Shown here: positions 12,709-24,957 of the stretch, piece by piece
How positions within the stretch are numbered: position 1 is the stretch's first letter
Layout of the letters: every line of letters begins with the position of its first letter
Source of the DNA: Chara braunii
Taxonomy: Eukaryota > Plantae > Charophyceae
Assembly: GCA_003427395.1 (NCBI GenBank)
Contig: BFEA01000019.1
Coordinates: 2,173,169-2,237,168, forward strand
Direction: 5' to 3'
DNA length: 64,000 nucleotides
Notes under the pieces: generated by a model
Database searches by the model: none
What the model saw: only the letters and a program-made list of their open reading frames with translations
Told to the model about the DNA's origin: nothing
Position numbers and translations under genes: made by a program

Positions 12709-13485
12709 GCCACCAGTCCAACCGAGCAAATTGACGGACCCAAAAACCCAAGTGTCACAGGATCATATATTTTGGCCAGTCCTAAGCATCGAGTTCACAG
12801 TTTGGTCAGTGTAGGCTGCAGTAAACTGGAGATAAAAAAACTGCTTGGGAGGGTTAGAGCCTAGAGGTTTGATTCCAGGGTTCACCCACCAGCCCATCCG
12901 AAGATGATACTGTTTATCCGTTTTCATAAAGGAGTACCGCCCCTGTGCCGTCCACGTCAGGGCCGATAGAGAGACGGATGAACAGTAACTTCGGGCCCTA
13001 AAATGTCTGTGGGCGGCCGAGACTTTTCAATTATACAGAGGCTGATTCCAGTACTGTGTTGATTTTTCCAACGGCTGGTACCGGTCGCTTTTAGGCTCAG
13101 CAAAATGTGTTTTCTGGTTCGTCAATATAGCTTCGGTTGGACTGCTGGCTTAAGTTAAGGCCTTTGGGAAAGGGAGGCGGGGGTGATGCATGCAGCAGGG
13201 TATGGCAAGGACTCCTTAGGCGAGTAAGGAAGTTGTAATTGCCGGTTTAGATATTCTAGAGGCGTGATGATTTGAGTGCTTGGGGGCTCTTTTGGCGGGG
13301 AACAGCAATAAGGACTCAATTGCAGCCTTGAGGAGAGCAAGTGTCACAAGTACTGCAGTCATAGAGACTTGATTACAGTTTGACGAAAAGTGAGGTCTCA
13401 AGAGCCTGAATAAATTCTTCAGAATGATTTCTGACCTCGACGGACCGTAAATTCCTGACTCTGAACTCTTGTTGTCCGGTAAAGC

Positions 13486-13594
13486 TACCATCTTCATCCG
13501 AATAGAACGCCCGGTCATTATGGCTGCATCTGGACTGAAAATCGCCCCAAATACAGCTATAATGACCGGGCGTTCTATTCGGGTGAAGACGGTA
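13486..13594. mobile_element. Tc1/mariner-type MITE (TA TSD)
   Basis: TA-CCATCTTCATCCGAATAGAACGCCCGGTCATTAT ... ATAATGACCGGGCGTTCTATTCGGGTGAAGACGG-TA. Confidence 0.85.
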
Positions 13595-14471
13595 CGTCCT
13601 GGCCCCTGGGAAGTCGGCTTCGCCCTTTAGGACCGTGACTACCTGAGCTACTGACCGAGTGGTACATATTTACAACGGTATGGCCCACAGGTAAGGAGTT
13701 CCAATTCTGTACAATCCTATAATGTCAGGGGATAACGCCTTCAAGAAACAGAGGAGCAGCAGGGTAAGCAGGAGGAGGAGGAGGAAGAGGAGGAGGAAGA
13801 GAAGCAGGAGGAGGAGAAGGACGAGGCNNNNNNNNNNNNNNNNNNNNNNNNNNNNNNNNNNNNNNNNNNNNNNNNNNNNNNNNNNNNNNNNNNNNNNNNN
13901 NNNNNNNNNNNNNNNNNNNNNNNNNNNNNNNNNNNNNNNNNNNNNNNNNNNNNNNNNNNNNNNNNNNNNNNNNNNNNNNNNNNNNNNNNNNNNNNNNNNN
14001 NNNNNNNNNNNNNNNNNNNNNNNNNNNNNNNNNNNNNNNNNNNNNNNNNNNNNNNNNNNNNNNNNNNNNNNNNNNNNNNNNNNNNNNNNNNNNNNNNNNN
14101 NNNNNNNNNNNNGAGGAGGAGGAGGAGGAGAAGGACGAGGAGAAGCAGGAGAAGGAGGAGGAGAAGGACGAGGAGAAGCAGGAGGAGTAGGAGGACGGAG
14201 AGAAACGGGAGAAGGACGGAGAGAAACGGGAGAAGGACGGAGAGAAACGGGAGAAAAGAGGAGTAGGAGAAGGACGAGTAGAAGCGGCAGGAGGAGGAAG
14301 AGGATGACAATTAAGACAAGCCGGCGGAGCAGGAACAGGAGGAGGAAGATGGGGATAAAGCGCAGGAGGAGCAGGAGCAGGAGGAAGGAGACAACAAGCA
14401 GGACCGGAGGAGGAGGACAAGTAGGAGGATGAGGAGGGGGGACTGGGTGAAGAGCACTGATCAATTCTTAC

Positions 14472-14558
14472 CACTGTCTTTCAGCTTTGCCAGTCGCTCT
14501 TGTCTCTTTCTCAGAGATGCAGGGCTGAGATTTGTGCCCGTCTTATTTATTCCAGAGT
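14472..14558 (-). CDS. PAA1: PAA1-like ATPase exon 4 (absent from ORF track)
   Basis: CAG|ACTCT...AGTG|GTAAGA; 87 nt, phase 1 to phase 1. Encodes DSGINKTGTNLSPASLRKRQERLAKLKDSG, matching the basic segment before the first TM helix in PAA1. Confidence 0.88.
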
Positions 14559-14887
14559 CTGGCACCAGGGACGCAGAGTCAATGTCATGATCCAGACAGT
14601 CTCAACAGCAAAAAGACCAGGTTCTCAGCATTCTTCCATACATACATAACACATATGCACCAGCACACATGCGCCATGGAAAGAGCAAATGATATTCTCA
14701 TAACACATGCGCCTTGGAAAAATGGAAACACTCATTCAGATATTGTTTGAATACCCCAGACAGCCACCCCTCGGAAATCTCGTCAAGGTATTTGACATTC
14801 AGTGGTGTTATCGACTATAACATCATCGTCAATCTTAAGTAAACGTCCTTAGAAACCCTGGCCCAGCCCCTGTGTATTTGAATGGAC

Positions 14888-15118
14888 CCCTTTTTTTCCA
14901 ATTAACATAAACCACTAGTACCTCCGCCAGTGTTGCGAAAATAGGGAAAACTCAGAACAGGCCGTTTTCCCAAACTCCTAAGAAATGGGAGGCCGGGTCC
15001 GATGACGGCTGCCATTGATAAATCTCATCAGCGGCCGTCGTTTCGTGGCCTCCTAAAAGGTCGGAGGCCCACCCAGGGGCCCGCTATTTTCCCACTCGGC
15101 AAAGGTACTAGTGGTTCA
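14888..15118. mobile_element. TTAA-family MITE
   Basis: TAA-ACCACTAGTACCT ... AGGTACTAGTGGT-TCAG. Confidence 0.75.
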
Positions 15119-16010
15119 GGGCCTTATGGTCCCGGTTCCGTTCTACTCTGGGGACCATCAGTTCGGTTCTTTCTCCACCGGCAAGTCAAAAGTTTTACAA
15201 CCCTTATTTATACGCCAACGCTTCCTTCCATTTCGGCCGAACGACCCCCTGAACAGCATTGATTGCTCCTTAGAGGGAGGATTGACTGTCAGGCCTGCCT
15301 TTTTTGAAGTTTTTTCCTTCTTCGAATTCCTCCTTACTCCTTGAATTCCTCCTACGCATACGTAGACTGCCAGATCTCCATGAAGTCCGAGAATCGCTGA
15401 AGGATTGAAGGTGTAGTCCATTGCTCAGCCATGTGCCATTTCCTGTTCCCGCCTGTCTTTCAGTGTTCCTCCTTCCTGTTCTACATCATTACGTCATGTC
15501 CAAATTGGCATCCGCTCCTCCTGAGGATGGTCCCTTCTGTCGCCTGTTTGCAGCGTCTGAGTTGCGCCAAGCCTGCCATGTGCGTTCTAAGTTCTAAATT
15601 GTAACTTGTAACCCATTATTTGTTGCTACACTGCCGTTGACTAGCCAGTTGCATTGGAAGTCGGCGGTATTTCTGGCCTCCTGATCTGCACATTATCTTG
15701 CATACAATCCTTCGCCTGCCACCATGTGCACCTGATTTCTGCTCCGATGATGATTTCTGCTTTGATGATGAGTTCTGCTTCAATGATGCCTTTGGTTGAT
15801 GGCCATGGCTTTTTTCGCTTGGATTCCTTGCTCTGTCCAGCGTGATACTGCATCTGCACTTCCAGATTGTCCTCAGAGGGTTTCCGATGGGCAAGAATGT
15901 ACAGAGTGATGATAGAAACTAAGTAGAACAGCATGCAGAAATCTCCTCAATGGAAATCCTGGTATAACCAGGGTTAATGAAACTGGTTAAAGGGGATGCC
16001 CTGGACTGAC

Positions 16011-16173
16011 CTCGCACGGTTGACTTGAAACCACATTTGGTTAGATGCTCAGCAAGGGCCTCTCCGAGTTCCACATTTCCCATCGGTGCCGTATCAATCG
16101 AACCACCATCACCACCCACTCTCACAACCGCAGTCTCCGTTGCCAGATTAACTGATGCTGATCTTACGTACGG
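16011..16173 (-). CDS. PAA1: PAA1-like ATPase exon 3 (rest of HMA domain)
   Basis: CAG|CCG...CGAG|GTCAGT; encodes PYVRSASVNLATETAVV...LAEHLTKCGFKSTVR; phase-1 donor. Confidence 0.93.
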
Positions 16174-17185
16174 CTGCCACCAGACATCCAAAAGCAAGCA
16201 AAACGTGGTCATGTCAGGTCCCTAACACTTTCCTAATTAGAATTCATACTCGTCAGATCCCTAACACTTTCCTCATTAGACTCCATGGAATAGTTATGCC
16301 TACGTTTTCACAGATTCGCAACCAATGGAGCGCTGATAATTTGCTTGCTTGACCTTGTCACGATGTCGAGAAATAAGGTACCGTTGTCTTTTCGCAAGCC
16401 CGAAGTTCATCCCTAGTTGAGCTCCGGACCTCTGGCAATGTGAGCAACCTCGCCCAGCTATCCACGATTACATGGGACCGCACTGGTTAGCACAGGCCCA
16501 CAGTAAGATTGGGTCTGCTGGGGGCGGGCAGTCAGCCCCAGATTCGGGGGGGCAGGATTTCGAGTGTCCCCACTTCGGCGATTTCTTTTAAGCTAATCTC
16601 CTTCAACAAAAAGATATTTGAAAAACGATCGTGGATGTAGGGTACATGCCGTCGCTGTATAAGTGAAAATGATAGAAAAATAAAAAACAATTTTGAACAA
16701 AAGAAAAGGCCTGCCAATTTGATGCAAAAGAATACTGGTGCAAATGCAGGCAAATATCAACGCTAGTGCTAGGCACGACCCCCACAGCAGTTCTGTACTA
16801 CCTTCTTCACCCGAATAAAACGTACGGTCATTATTTATAGCTGAAAATTTGGGCCACATTTTAGCCTAGATACGGCTACCGTACGTTTTAGGGTTTAGAA
16901 GAAGGTAGGTAGTCTGTAGTTCATCTGCGGGCAGATTCGAGCAGTGGGAAAATGAGCCTCAGGGGTACTGGTGGTTTACCTTGTCACAGAGCCAAGGAAT
17001 AGGGTACAGCTATCTTCTCACAACTCTCTCTACAGAGAATTGAGCTGGGGTAACTTACGTGCTTAAAGAGGGTTCTATGCCAAAACTTACCGGGTTTATT
17101 TACCAACAGTTATTAATATACCCTCTCAGTTCAGTGATTGGTTGCTTGCTCAGTTAGCTTTTGCCAATTTCGCCACCTTAAGCCC

Positions 17186-17225
<40 letters not shown>

Positions 17226-17238
17226 CCTCGCTTGTTTT

Positions 17239-17639
17239 TTAAACCACCACTACCTTCGAGCCTATTTTTGCCGAGGCGTAAAAGAACTGCACGCCGAGCT
17301 TTGCCGAAGCACGGCATTTTTTTCCGTTCTTTTGGGCTGACGCCGCCAGCCCAACGTGGTCTGGTAGTGCACTGTTCATCCAAAGAACCCGGAATGTTAC
17401 ATGTTCGATGCTCGACGTTGCCTGGGAAAGGTAGTGGTGGTTTAAACCACCAGTACACCCGGGCCTGCAGGTGCCTTACCGTGCGCCAAGCTTTTCCAAA
17501 CCGCCAGCGGCGCACTTTTCTTCTTTTTTTTCTCGCTGGTGCCACCAGCCATTGTGGTCCAGTAGGCCAAGCCTCTGAAATTTCCGTAGGTGACGAGTTT
17601 CTTTTTCAGCAAGGCTGGGGCCATGTACTGGCGGTTGAA
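17239..17639. mobile_element. Two TTAA-family MITEs in tandem sharing one TTAA (17442-17445)
   Basis: TTAA-ACCACCACTACCTT...AAGGTAGTGGTGGT-TTAA-ACCACCAGTACA...TGTACTGGCGGT-TGAA. Confidence 0.85.
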
Positions 17640-18030
17640 TCTAGTTATACCAATGGACAGTTCCGTGCTTGTCTTGCTTCCGTTCTTCAATCCAGTCACA
17701 CCACAGCTCAGTTAACTCTGGTAGTTTACACCACAGCTCCGTTAACTCCGGCACAAACCGCAGCTTGTCTACCTTGGGTTACACTTCACAGCCTGCTTGA
17801 TTGACTGTGGTTAGAGCACCGCTTTGTTAACTGTGGTAGTTTGGTTAACTCTGGTAGTTACCGCACGGCTCCAAGAGCTTTGGTAGTTAATAACATAGCA
17901 GCTGGATGCCAGTTCATTCAATCTGCTGGCCTGACTCAGGTCAAAACACAGCGCATGATGATGACAACAAAGTATCAGCAAGGTGATGAGTGTGCAGGCA
18001 GGTACCGGGTGACGAGTTCACAGCCACAGC

Positions 18031-18170
18031 TTAAACCACCAGTGCTTCCCCGAAGTGCGGCCGCAAACGTGCTGGGATGTGAAGGCCTGATGCACGAGGA
18101 CAAAAAAAATAATTCATGACGATCCAGCGTGGCAATGCAGCGATAGCTGGAGAAGCTACTGGAGGTCTAA
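18031..18170. mobile_element. TTAA-family MITE (degenerate)
   Basis: TTAA-ACCACCAGTGCTTC ... GAAGCTACTGGAGGT-CTAA. Confidence 0.6.
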
Positions 18171-18395
18171 GGGTGCAGAGAACCAGATGCTGAAGGCAAA
18201 CACAAAACGAATCGGACATGCTGGTCAGCAGACATCAAGACCCGATGAGCAAATGAACAAACGCACAAACGAACAAACGTTGAGAGTAGATACCAATGTA
18301 CCTACCAACGGGCTTCTCCTTTGGATTCAAAATGGTGCTGAATGCTGATGTCTCTTTTACGGGCCTCAAACGTCTCGGTGTCCTCGTTCGTATCT

Positions 18396-18480
<85 letters not shown>

Positions 18481-19184
18481 NNNNNNNNNNNNNNNNNNNN
18501 NNNNNNNNNNNNNNNNNNNNNNNNNNNNNNNNNNNNNNNNNNNNNNNNNNNNNNNNNNNNNNNNNNNNNNNNNNNNNNNNNNNNNNNNNNNNNNNNNNNN
18601 NNNNNNNNNNNNNNNNNNNNNNNNNNNNNNNNNNNNNNNNNNNNNNNNNNNNNNNNNNNNNNNNNNNNNNNNNNNNNNNNNNNNNNNNNNNNNNNNNNNN
18701 NNNNNNNNNNNNNNNNNNNNNNNNNNNNNNNNNNNNNNNNNNNNNNNNNNNNNNNNNNNNNNNNNNNNNNNNNNNNNNNNNNNNNNNNNNNNNNNNNNNN
18801 NNNNNNNNNNNNNNNNNNNNNNNNNNNNNNNNNNNNNNNNNNNNNNNNNNNNNNNNNNNNNNNNNNNNNNNNNNNNNNNNNNNNNNNNNNNNNNNNNNNN
18901 NNNNNNNNNNNNNNNNNNNNNNNNNNNNNNNNNNNNNNNNNNNNNNNNNNNNNNNNNNNNNNNNNNNNNNNNNNNNNNNNNNNNNNNNNNNNNNNNNNNN
19001 NNNNNNNNNNNNNNNNNNNNNNNNNNNNNNNNNNNNNNNNNNNNNNNNNNNNNNNNNNNNNNNNNNNNNNNNNNNNNNNNNNNNNNNNNNNNNNNNNNNN
19101 NNNNNNNNNNNNNAACCGACTGCATTTGAGTTCGAGCTTGGGTCTGTATTTCAACAGTTCATGGGTGTACCAACAGCTTACAGA

Positions 19185-19605
19185 GCCAAACTGGAACCAG
19201 AAGTGGAACCAAGGCGGAAACCAAAGCAGGAACCAAAGCTGGAACCAAAGCTGCGACCACAGCTGAAACCGAGGGTGGAACTGAAGCTGGAACCAAAACT
19301 GGGTACAAGAAATGGAACCAAATTGGAAACCAGAATGGGGCTAAATTGGAAGCAAAATGGGACCAAATGGGACACACAGCTGGAACCAAAAGTGGGACCG
19401 AAAGTGGAACCAAAGCGAGAACCAAAGATAGAACCAAAGCTGGAACTGAAGCTGCATCCAAAACTGGGTCCAAAATGGAACCAAATTGGAACCAAATTGG
19501 AACCAAATTGGAACCAAATGGGAACCAACTTGGGGTAAATTGGAACTGAAACGGGACCAAAATGATACCCGAAATCAGGTCCGGTCCCAAGATGGAACCA
19601 AAACT
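19185..19605. repeat. 11-12-bp minisatellite (TGGAACCAAAG/T)
   Basis: About 30 degenerate copies of (C)TGGAACCAAA(G/T). Confidence 0.9.
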
Positions 19606-19747
19606 GGCCCCAGAACGTAAAGAGGACTGATCCTTTCCACAAAAAACTTCCATCTAGGGGAAAACTCGTCTCCAGCAATGGCGGTAGTTTCGGGAGACTG
19701 GTGTATGGCAGACCACTGTGCTTTTTCGGAGGCCTCCGCACATGACA

Positions 19748-20070
19748 GCCCTGTGGCTGAATGGTAAATGCATGTAGCTATTAATAAATAGAGCAACAGT
19801 TCAAATCCTGCCAGGTACACGCATGCACCTATTGATACACAGGTCATGAGTTCAAATCTTGAAAGTTGAATGGTGCACACACGTAGCTCAGCTGTTGATA
19901 AACAGGTTAAGAGTTCAAATCGTGATGACGTATACGTGTTGGTAAAGAGAGGTCACGAGTTCAAATCCTGAACGGTACTCACAAGAACCTGTCCATAAAC
20001 AAGTCATCCGTTCAAGTTCCTCATGGTACACACATATAGCTATTAATAAACGGGTGAGGTCATATCCTGA
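19748..20070 (+). repeat. Tandem array (~6 units, 45-65 bp) of tRNA-derived units
   Basis: Begins with A-box-like TGGCTGAATGG; units end in B-box-like (GGTCA)NGAGTTCAAATCYTG. Confidence 0.65.
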
Positions 20071-20255
20071 TGATAGATATGGCACTCTACTGTCTGCGGT
20101 TTTCTGCATGAAAAAGAAGCAGCCTTCACAAGAAAAAAAACACAAAAGATACCCTGCCTTGCCCACTCATGGCACTCTCCCTTTGTTTCCCACCCATGTA
20201 CTTTCGCTGTGCCTCCCCCTCCTTTGAGCCGCGGCAGAGAGAGAAACATCTTGAC

Positions 20256-20336
<81 letters not shown>

Positions 20337-20605
20337 GGGTGGGGAAGAGTGGGAGAGTATAAGAGTGGGAGAGTATCTCCTCGAGTGTCCATATGATGGA
20401 AAACCAAGAATCCTCAGCTCCACCCAATCATTCACACCTCGATCTACCCTCTCTATCTGTTTTCATGCTGCGGCGTCGGCACGACTGGCCTCCACTTCTT
20501 ATTTTGAAAAAGGTTTCCCCAAACCCTCTTCCGCATTCAACCCCCCTCCTTCCCCCTCCTCCTGAAAAAACAAGACGACACCTGTGATGACAGCATGACA
20601 ATGCT

Positions 20606-20764
20606 TTAAGCCACCAGTACTTCCTGAAGTCATGCCCGTATACAAGCCATGGTTTTAGGAAACGTACAGGCCACTACAGGAGCGCCCAAATTCATCCGGC
20701 TAGAAACGTTTTTACTCCATTTATTTTCCGTGGCCGATAGCTGGGCCAAGTACTGGTGGTTTAA
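20606..20764. mobile_element. TTAA-family MITE, ~50 bp from the exon 2 donor
   Basis: TTAA-GCCACCAGTACTT ... AAGTACTGGTGGT-TTAA; interior homologous to 25688-25923 (inverted) and 26331-26488. Confidence 0.85.
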
Positions 20765-20812
20765 GGATTGAGAGCATAAGATTTCAGAGGAATTCAGACC
20801 CACCCATCTTAC

Positions 20813-20866
20813 CTGTGATTCCAGAATACGCTTCACTGCAGCAACGCAGCCTCCACAGGACATTCC
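20813..20866 (-). CDS. PAA1: PAA1-like ATPase exon 2 (HMA metal-binding motif)
   Basis: CAG|GGA...CAG|GTAAGA; 54 nt encoding GMSCGGCVAAVKRILESQ (GMxCxxC). Confidence 0.95.
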
Positions 20867-21165
20867 CTGATCAACAGCAGCACAGTCAATAACAGAGCCA
20901 AAAGAGACTCAGAAAAGGGTCTAAAAAGCAGGACTTAAAATAAAAATAAAAAGGACTAAAAAAGAGTTGAAAAGACTTAAAATCAGAAACAACAGATTGC
21001 AAAAAAAAAAAAAAAAAAAGTCTTTAAAAAGACAAATAAAAGATTCAAAAAAGAGACTCAAAACTCCAGAACCTTCAAACGCTTTATATGGCGACTCTGA
21101 ATTGGTCAACACGCATGATGTTGAGTAAACAAAAACGATTCAGAAAGAGACTCAAACTCCACATT

Positions 21166-21221
<56 letters not shown>

Positions 21222-21431
21222 AAAGAGACTCTGAATTGGTCAACACACATGATGTTGAGCAAACAAAAAAGCAGATCAAGATTTTGATATTTTGCACAGT
21301 CTTTCTTTCCTTCCTCTTCACAAAATACTTACAAAAAAATATCATCCTACCCAAAGAACATTCAAAAGAAAGACTCAACAGAATCAGAACATCCAGGAGT
21401 TAGATAAAATTAATTTATAAATTAAATTTAA

Positions 21432-21484
<53 letters not shown>

Positions 21485-21653
21485 TAATAATAATAATCCA
21501 CCAGAAATCGACTGGTCAAGGATCAAGATGATGCCTCTAAAACTTTGCAATTGCAAAGACAAGAGTCCTGCACTCTTTTTGAAAAGAATGCTCCCCCCCC
21601 CCTCTCCTGCAGGAGAATCCTGTTTTCTTCTTTTCTCATTGTTCCTTCTTTTT

Positions 21654-21707
21654 AATTAGTTAGACCGTTTCTTGATTTATGTGTGTCATCCTTGTGCAGG
21701 GGTCATG
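21654..21707 (-). pseudogene. U6: Degenerate U6 snRNA 3'-half fragment
   Basis: Plus strand TAGACCGTTTCTTGATTTATGTGTGTCATCCTTGTGCAGGGGTCATG matches the reverse complement of the U6 3' half, with CpG-type transitions. Confidence 0.8.
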
Positions 21708-22689
21708 GGGATCACTTTTGTATTTCACATCTCAGCCTTGTGTCCGGGGGGGGGGGGGGGTCAAAGCAATCATCTTTATGTTTCAGATCTCAGCCTCGGT
21801 CAATTGGATCTCTTTCTTCTTATTTTTGAACGTGTTCTCATGATTCGTCGTCCCTTGGACTATGTGCCACACACACTCCACCACTCACCACATGCACAAA
21901 AGACAAAATTGTGGCAATGTATCTTTTCATGTTCTAGCGGGAGATTCATTCCCATTTTGCACATTTGGTGAGTGGTGGAGTGAGGCCCTATATTGAGCTT
22001 CTTCATGCATGTAAACGTTTTTCGCACTGAGTGGATGGGGGAGAGATGCCTCTCGCCGGTTTCCTTTGATCACATAGGTAGGATCTTCTTCTGTGTGTGC
22101 GTAATGATCGAGAGAGCGCCAGTGTGTTTTTTTGTTATCTTCTTTGTGATTGTATCATTTGTTCCAAAGCCAATGAAAGGTTATGGTTATGGGCCTCGAT
22201 CCACTGCAACGTTCTACATGTACCTGCAGCTGGTATTGGTCCAAGTACATTCAAAATGTTGGATCAGTCCAGATGTATACTGTCCACGTCGCAGTCCACA
22301 TACGTATTGTATGCTGAGTAGTGAAGTGAGGCCCTGTGTGCCCCTCTCTTTCACCACTCGGGTTGATCAATCAATCCCCAAAAACTGCATAAGCTCCCCA
22401 AATGCATTGCTAATTTAGGGGATTGGTATCAATTACCAAATACCGCGTTGTTTTTTTTTTTTTTTTTTTTTTTTTTGTGCCGCTCCTTGATGAGCACATC
22501 AATGCAAATCAATGCATATCAAAATGGGATGTAAAGAAGTGGTTGAGGATCAATGTGATCCCCCTTGGTTTACCCCAATGGTCACTATGTGCTGGATATG
22601 TGAACAAAGGTTTTGTGATTGTTGAAACTGCTTTCCCCTTTACTCTCCACTTTTGCCTTGGAGTGCGCTCACACTCATTCCCTAGTAAG

Positions 22690-22995
22690 TCATAGCTGAA
22701 AACTGGGGCACAGTGATATATGTCTTTTCTGTGCCTTGGATTTTCTGTAGGGGAGAAGCTTAGTATGGAAGGAAGGAGCTCTTTCTCCCCACATAGCTGA
22801 AAAGTGTGGCTCAATGTTATCTGTCTTTCTGTACCTTGAATTTTTTTCTGTAGGAGAGGCTTAGTATGGAAGGAAGGAACTCTTTCTCCCCCACTTAGCT
22901 GAAAAGTGGGGCGCAATTATATCTGTATTTTCTGTACCTTCCATTTTCTGTAGGGGAGAAGCTTAGCATGGAAGCAAGGAGATCCTTCTCCCCCA
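22690..22995. repeat. Three tandem ~100-bp units
   Basis: TAGCTGAAAA...TTTTCTGTAGG(G)GAG..GCTTAGYATGGAAG..AGG...TTCTCCCC three times. Confidence 0.85.
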
Positions 22996-23053
22996 CCAAT
23001 CCCACTAGGATACTCATCCTGAGATTCCTGATTTCGATCTCTATGGCAAACCA

Positions 23054-23104
<51 letters not shown>

Positions 23105-23143
23105 GTCATATTCACTATACACTAAAAAAAAGCATGACTGTGC

Positions 23144-23200
23144 CAGACTGTTTTGTCGGACTTTCACCGACTCATCAGGAGGTTGAACCCCAACAGTCTG
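23144..23200 (-). ncRNA. Type III hammerhead ribozyme copy with core mutation (GAAA>AAAA), probably inactive
   Basis: Minus strand: CAGACUG-UU/GGGG-UUCAA-CCUC-CUGAUGA-GUCGG-UGAAAGU-CCGAC-AAAA-CAGUCUG. Confidence 0.8.
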
Positions 23201-23482
23201 CCCACGATTCATTTGACTGATGGATAAGCACTCACCACATCGCCCAGAGTTAGTGACACCCATCCTTGATGCATGCAAGCACATGTTCGCATTCACACAT
23301 TCACATGCATGTGTGATTACTTCAACACTCGCACGTGCATGTGAAGGGAGCATGAATGTGTGTGCGTGCACGTGAGCACGAACGCAGGTGAGTGCATGCG
23401 TTTTTCCCTGAATGAGGATGCATGCTAGTGCCTTCATGTGAAGCCATCCCTTTCTCGTGAAATCTCTCTCTCTCTCTCTCTC

Positions 23483-23520
23483 CTGTCTCTTATACACATC
23501 TAGATGTGTATAAGAGACAG
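23483..23520. other. Nextera mate-pair junction adapter (assembly artefact)
   Basis: Exact 38-mer between (TC)n and an N gap. Confidence 0.98.
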
Positions 23521-23641
23521 TGCTANNNNNNNNNNNNNNNNNNNNNNNNNNNNNNNNNNNNNNNNNNNNNNNNNNNNNNNNNNNNNNNNNNNNNNNNNNN
23601 NNNNNNNNNNNNNNNNNNNNNNNNNNNNNNNNNNNNNNNNN

Positions 23642-23702
<61 letters not shown>

Positions 23703-24130
23703 CGAAGAAGACGAGGGAGAGGAGAAACACAGGGATGATAAGGAGGAAAAGGACTGCGAGGGGGAGATGGAGATCAGGGGGATGAGGATGGGCAATGGGG
23801 CCATCCAGTTTATAGGTCCAGTCACAAACAAAATGGATCAACCATAGTCCCGGTTGAGTTATGTGCAGCGAAGTACTGGACTTGAGAGGACCAAACAGCC
23901 ACCTGGTCCAGTAGTTTGGACCTTCTTCAGATACTGGTAGAATCAGGAAAAGGAGGAAAATTTCTGCCTAGAAACGTGTCAGGTCCCAGACGAAGTTGCT
24001 GCGCCACAAACGTTTTTACATGTTTGAGTTTGCAGTTGGTACTCCACTGCATGTACTCCACGGCATTACTATCTGGCCTTGGACCCCAGCTGTTAGCAAT
24101 GGTCAAGCCAAGTCAGTCCTTTTGCTCGAG

Positions 24131-24662
24131 TAAAGCACCACTACCTTTTCCCGCTGTTGGGAAAACGGGAAAATATCCTACTCCGAAAAAATGGGAGGCC
24201 GGGACCAACAATGGGCCGCCGTTGATAAATCTCATGGGCGGCCGTCATTTCGTTTCAACAGCCATTTGGTTAAAATGGACATATTATTTTATTTTCCGAG
24301 CAAAATTTTTAAATCTATTTTTTTGGCCCAAAATTCATGAAGTTAAGGGTACGGCGTTGTGAAAACGCCCTACCCCCTTGATGTATCTGGACTTAGCTCA
24401 AGTCCACGTACATCCAAGGGGTCCGGCGTTTTTTTCTGGCCTGGATGTATGTGGACTTAGCTAAATCCAGATACATTCAGGGGATAGCGCGTTTTCAGAA
24501 CGCCGTACCCTCAGTTTCATAAAACTTGGGCCAAAAAATGAAATTTCAATTTCATTCAAAAAATAAAATATGTCCCTTTTAACAAAATCGCTGGTTTTTT
24601 TGGCCTCCTCAAGATTTGGGGGCCCGACGGCGGCCCACATGTGAAAAGGTAGTGGTGGTTAA
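24131..24662. mobile_element. TTAA-family element with large internal foldback
   Basis: TIR CACCACTACCTTTTC / GAAAAGGTAGTGGTG; internal inverted arms ~24260-24420 and ~24440-24593. Confidence 0.75.
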
Positions 24663-24729
24663 AAAAAAGAAAAAAGAAAAAAAAGAAAAAGGTAACTGTT
24701 CAATCTGGATGTTAATCCTGCTTACAGCA

Positions 24730-24912
24730 TGCTGAGACCAAAAATAGACTTAAGGGGAAGAGGAAGAAATAAGTGGGTAAAACGTCTGAACGTGGACAGA
24801 GACCTACTCAAAGGGAGGAAAGCCAAATCGGTCAAAATCATCTCACTGCAGTGGCAGATTGAACACAGGTGCGTGCCAACCTATACTCACCTACAGCAAA
24901 AAGAGTTGGTCG

Positions 24913-24957
<45 letters not shown>

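Noticed and set aside
13670-14464. Long low-complexity ORFs, and ORFs spanning N gaps elsewhere
   Set aside because: Products of GAG/GAA microsatellites and N runs, not real coding sequence.
15616-15934. Additional PAA1 exon or separate gene in intron 3
   Set aside because: The translation resembles a frameshifted LINE ORF2 C-terminus, and exons 3 and 4 already join in frame.
19114-19538. Protein with LEPK/EPK repeats
   Set aside because: Translation of an 11-12-bp minisatellite within intron 2; unit-length variation breaks the frame.
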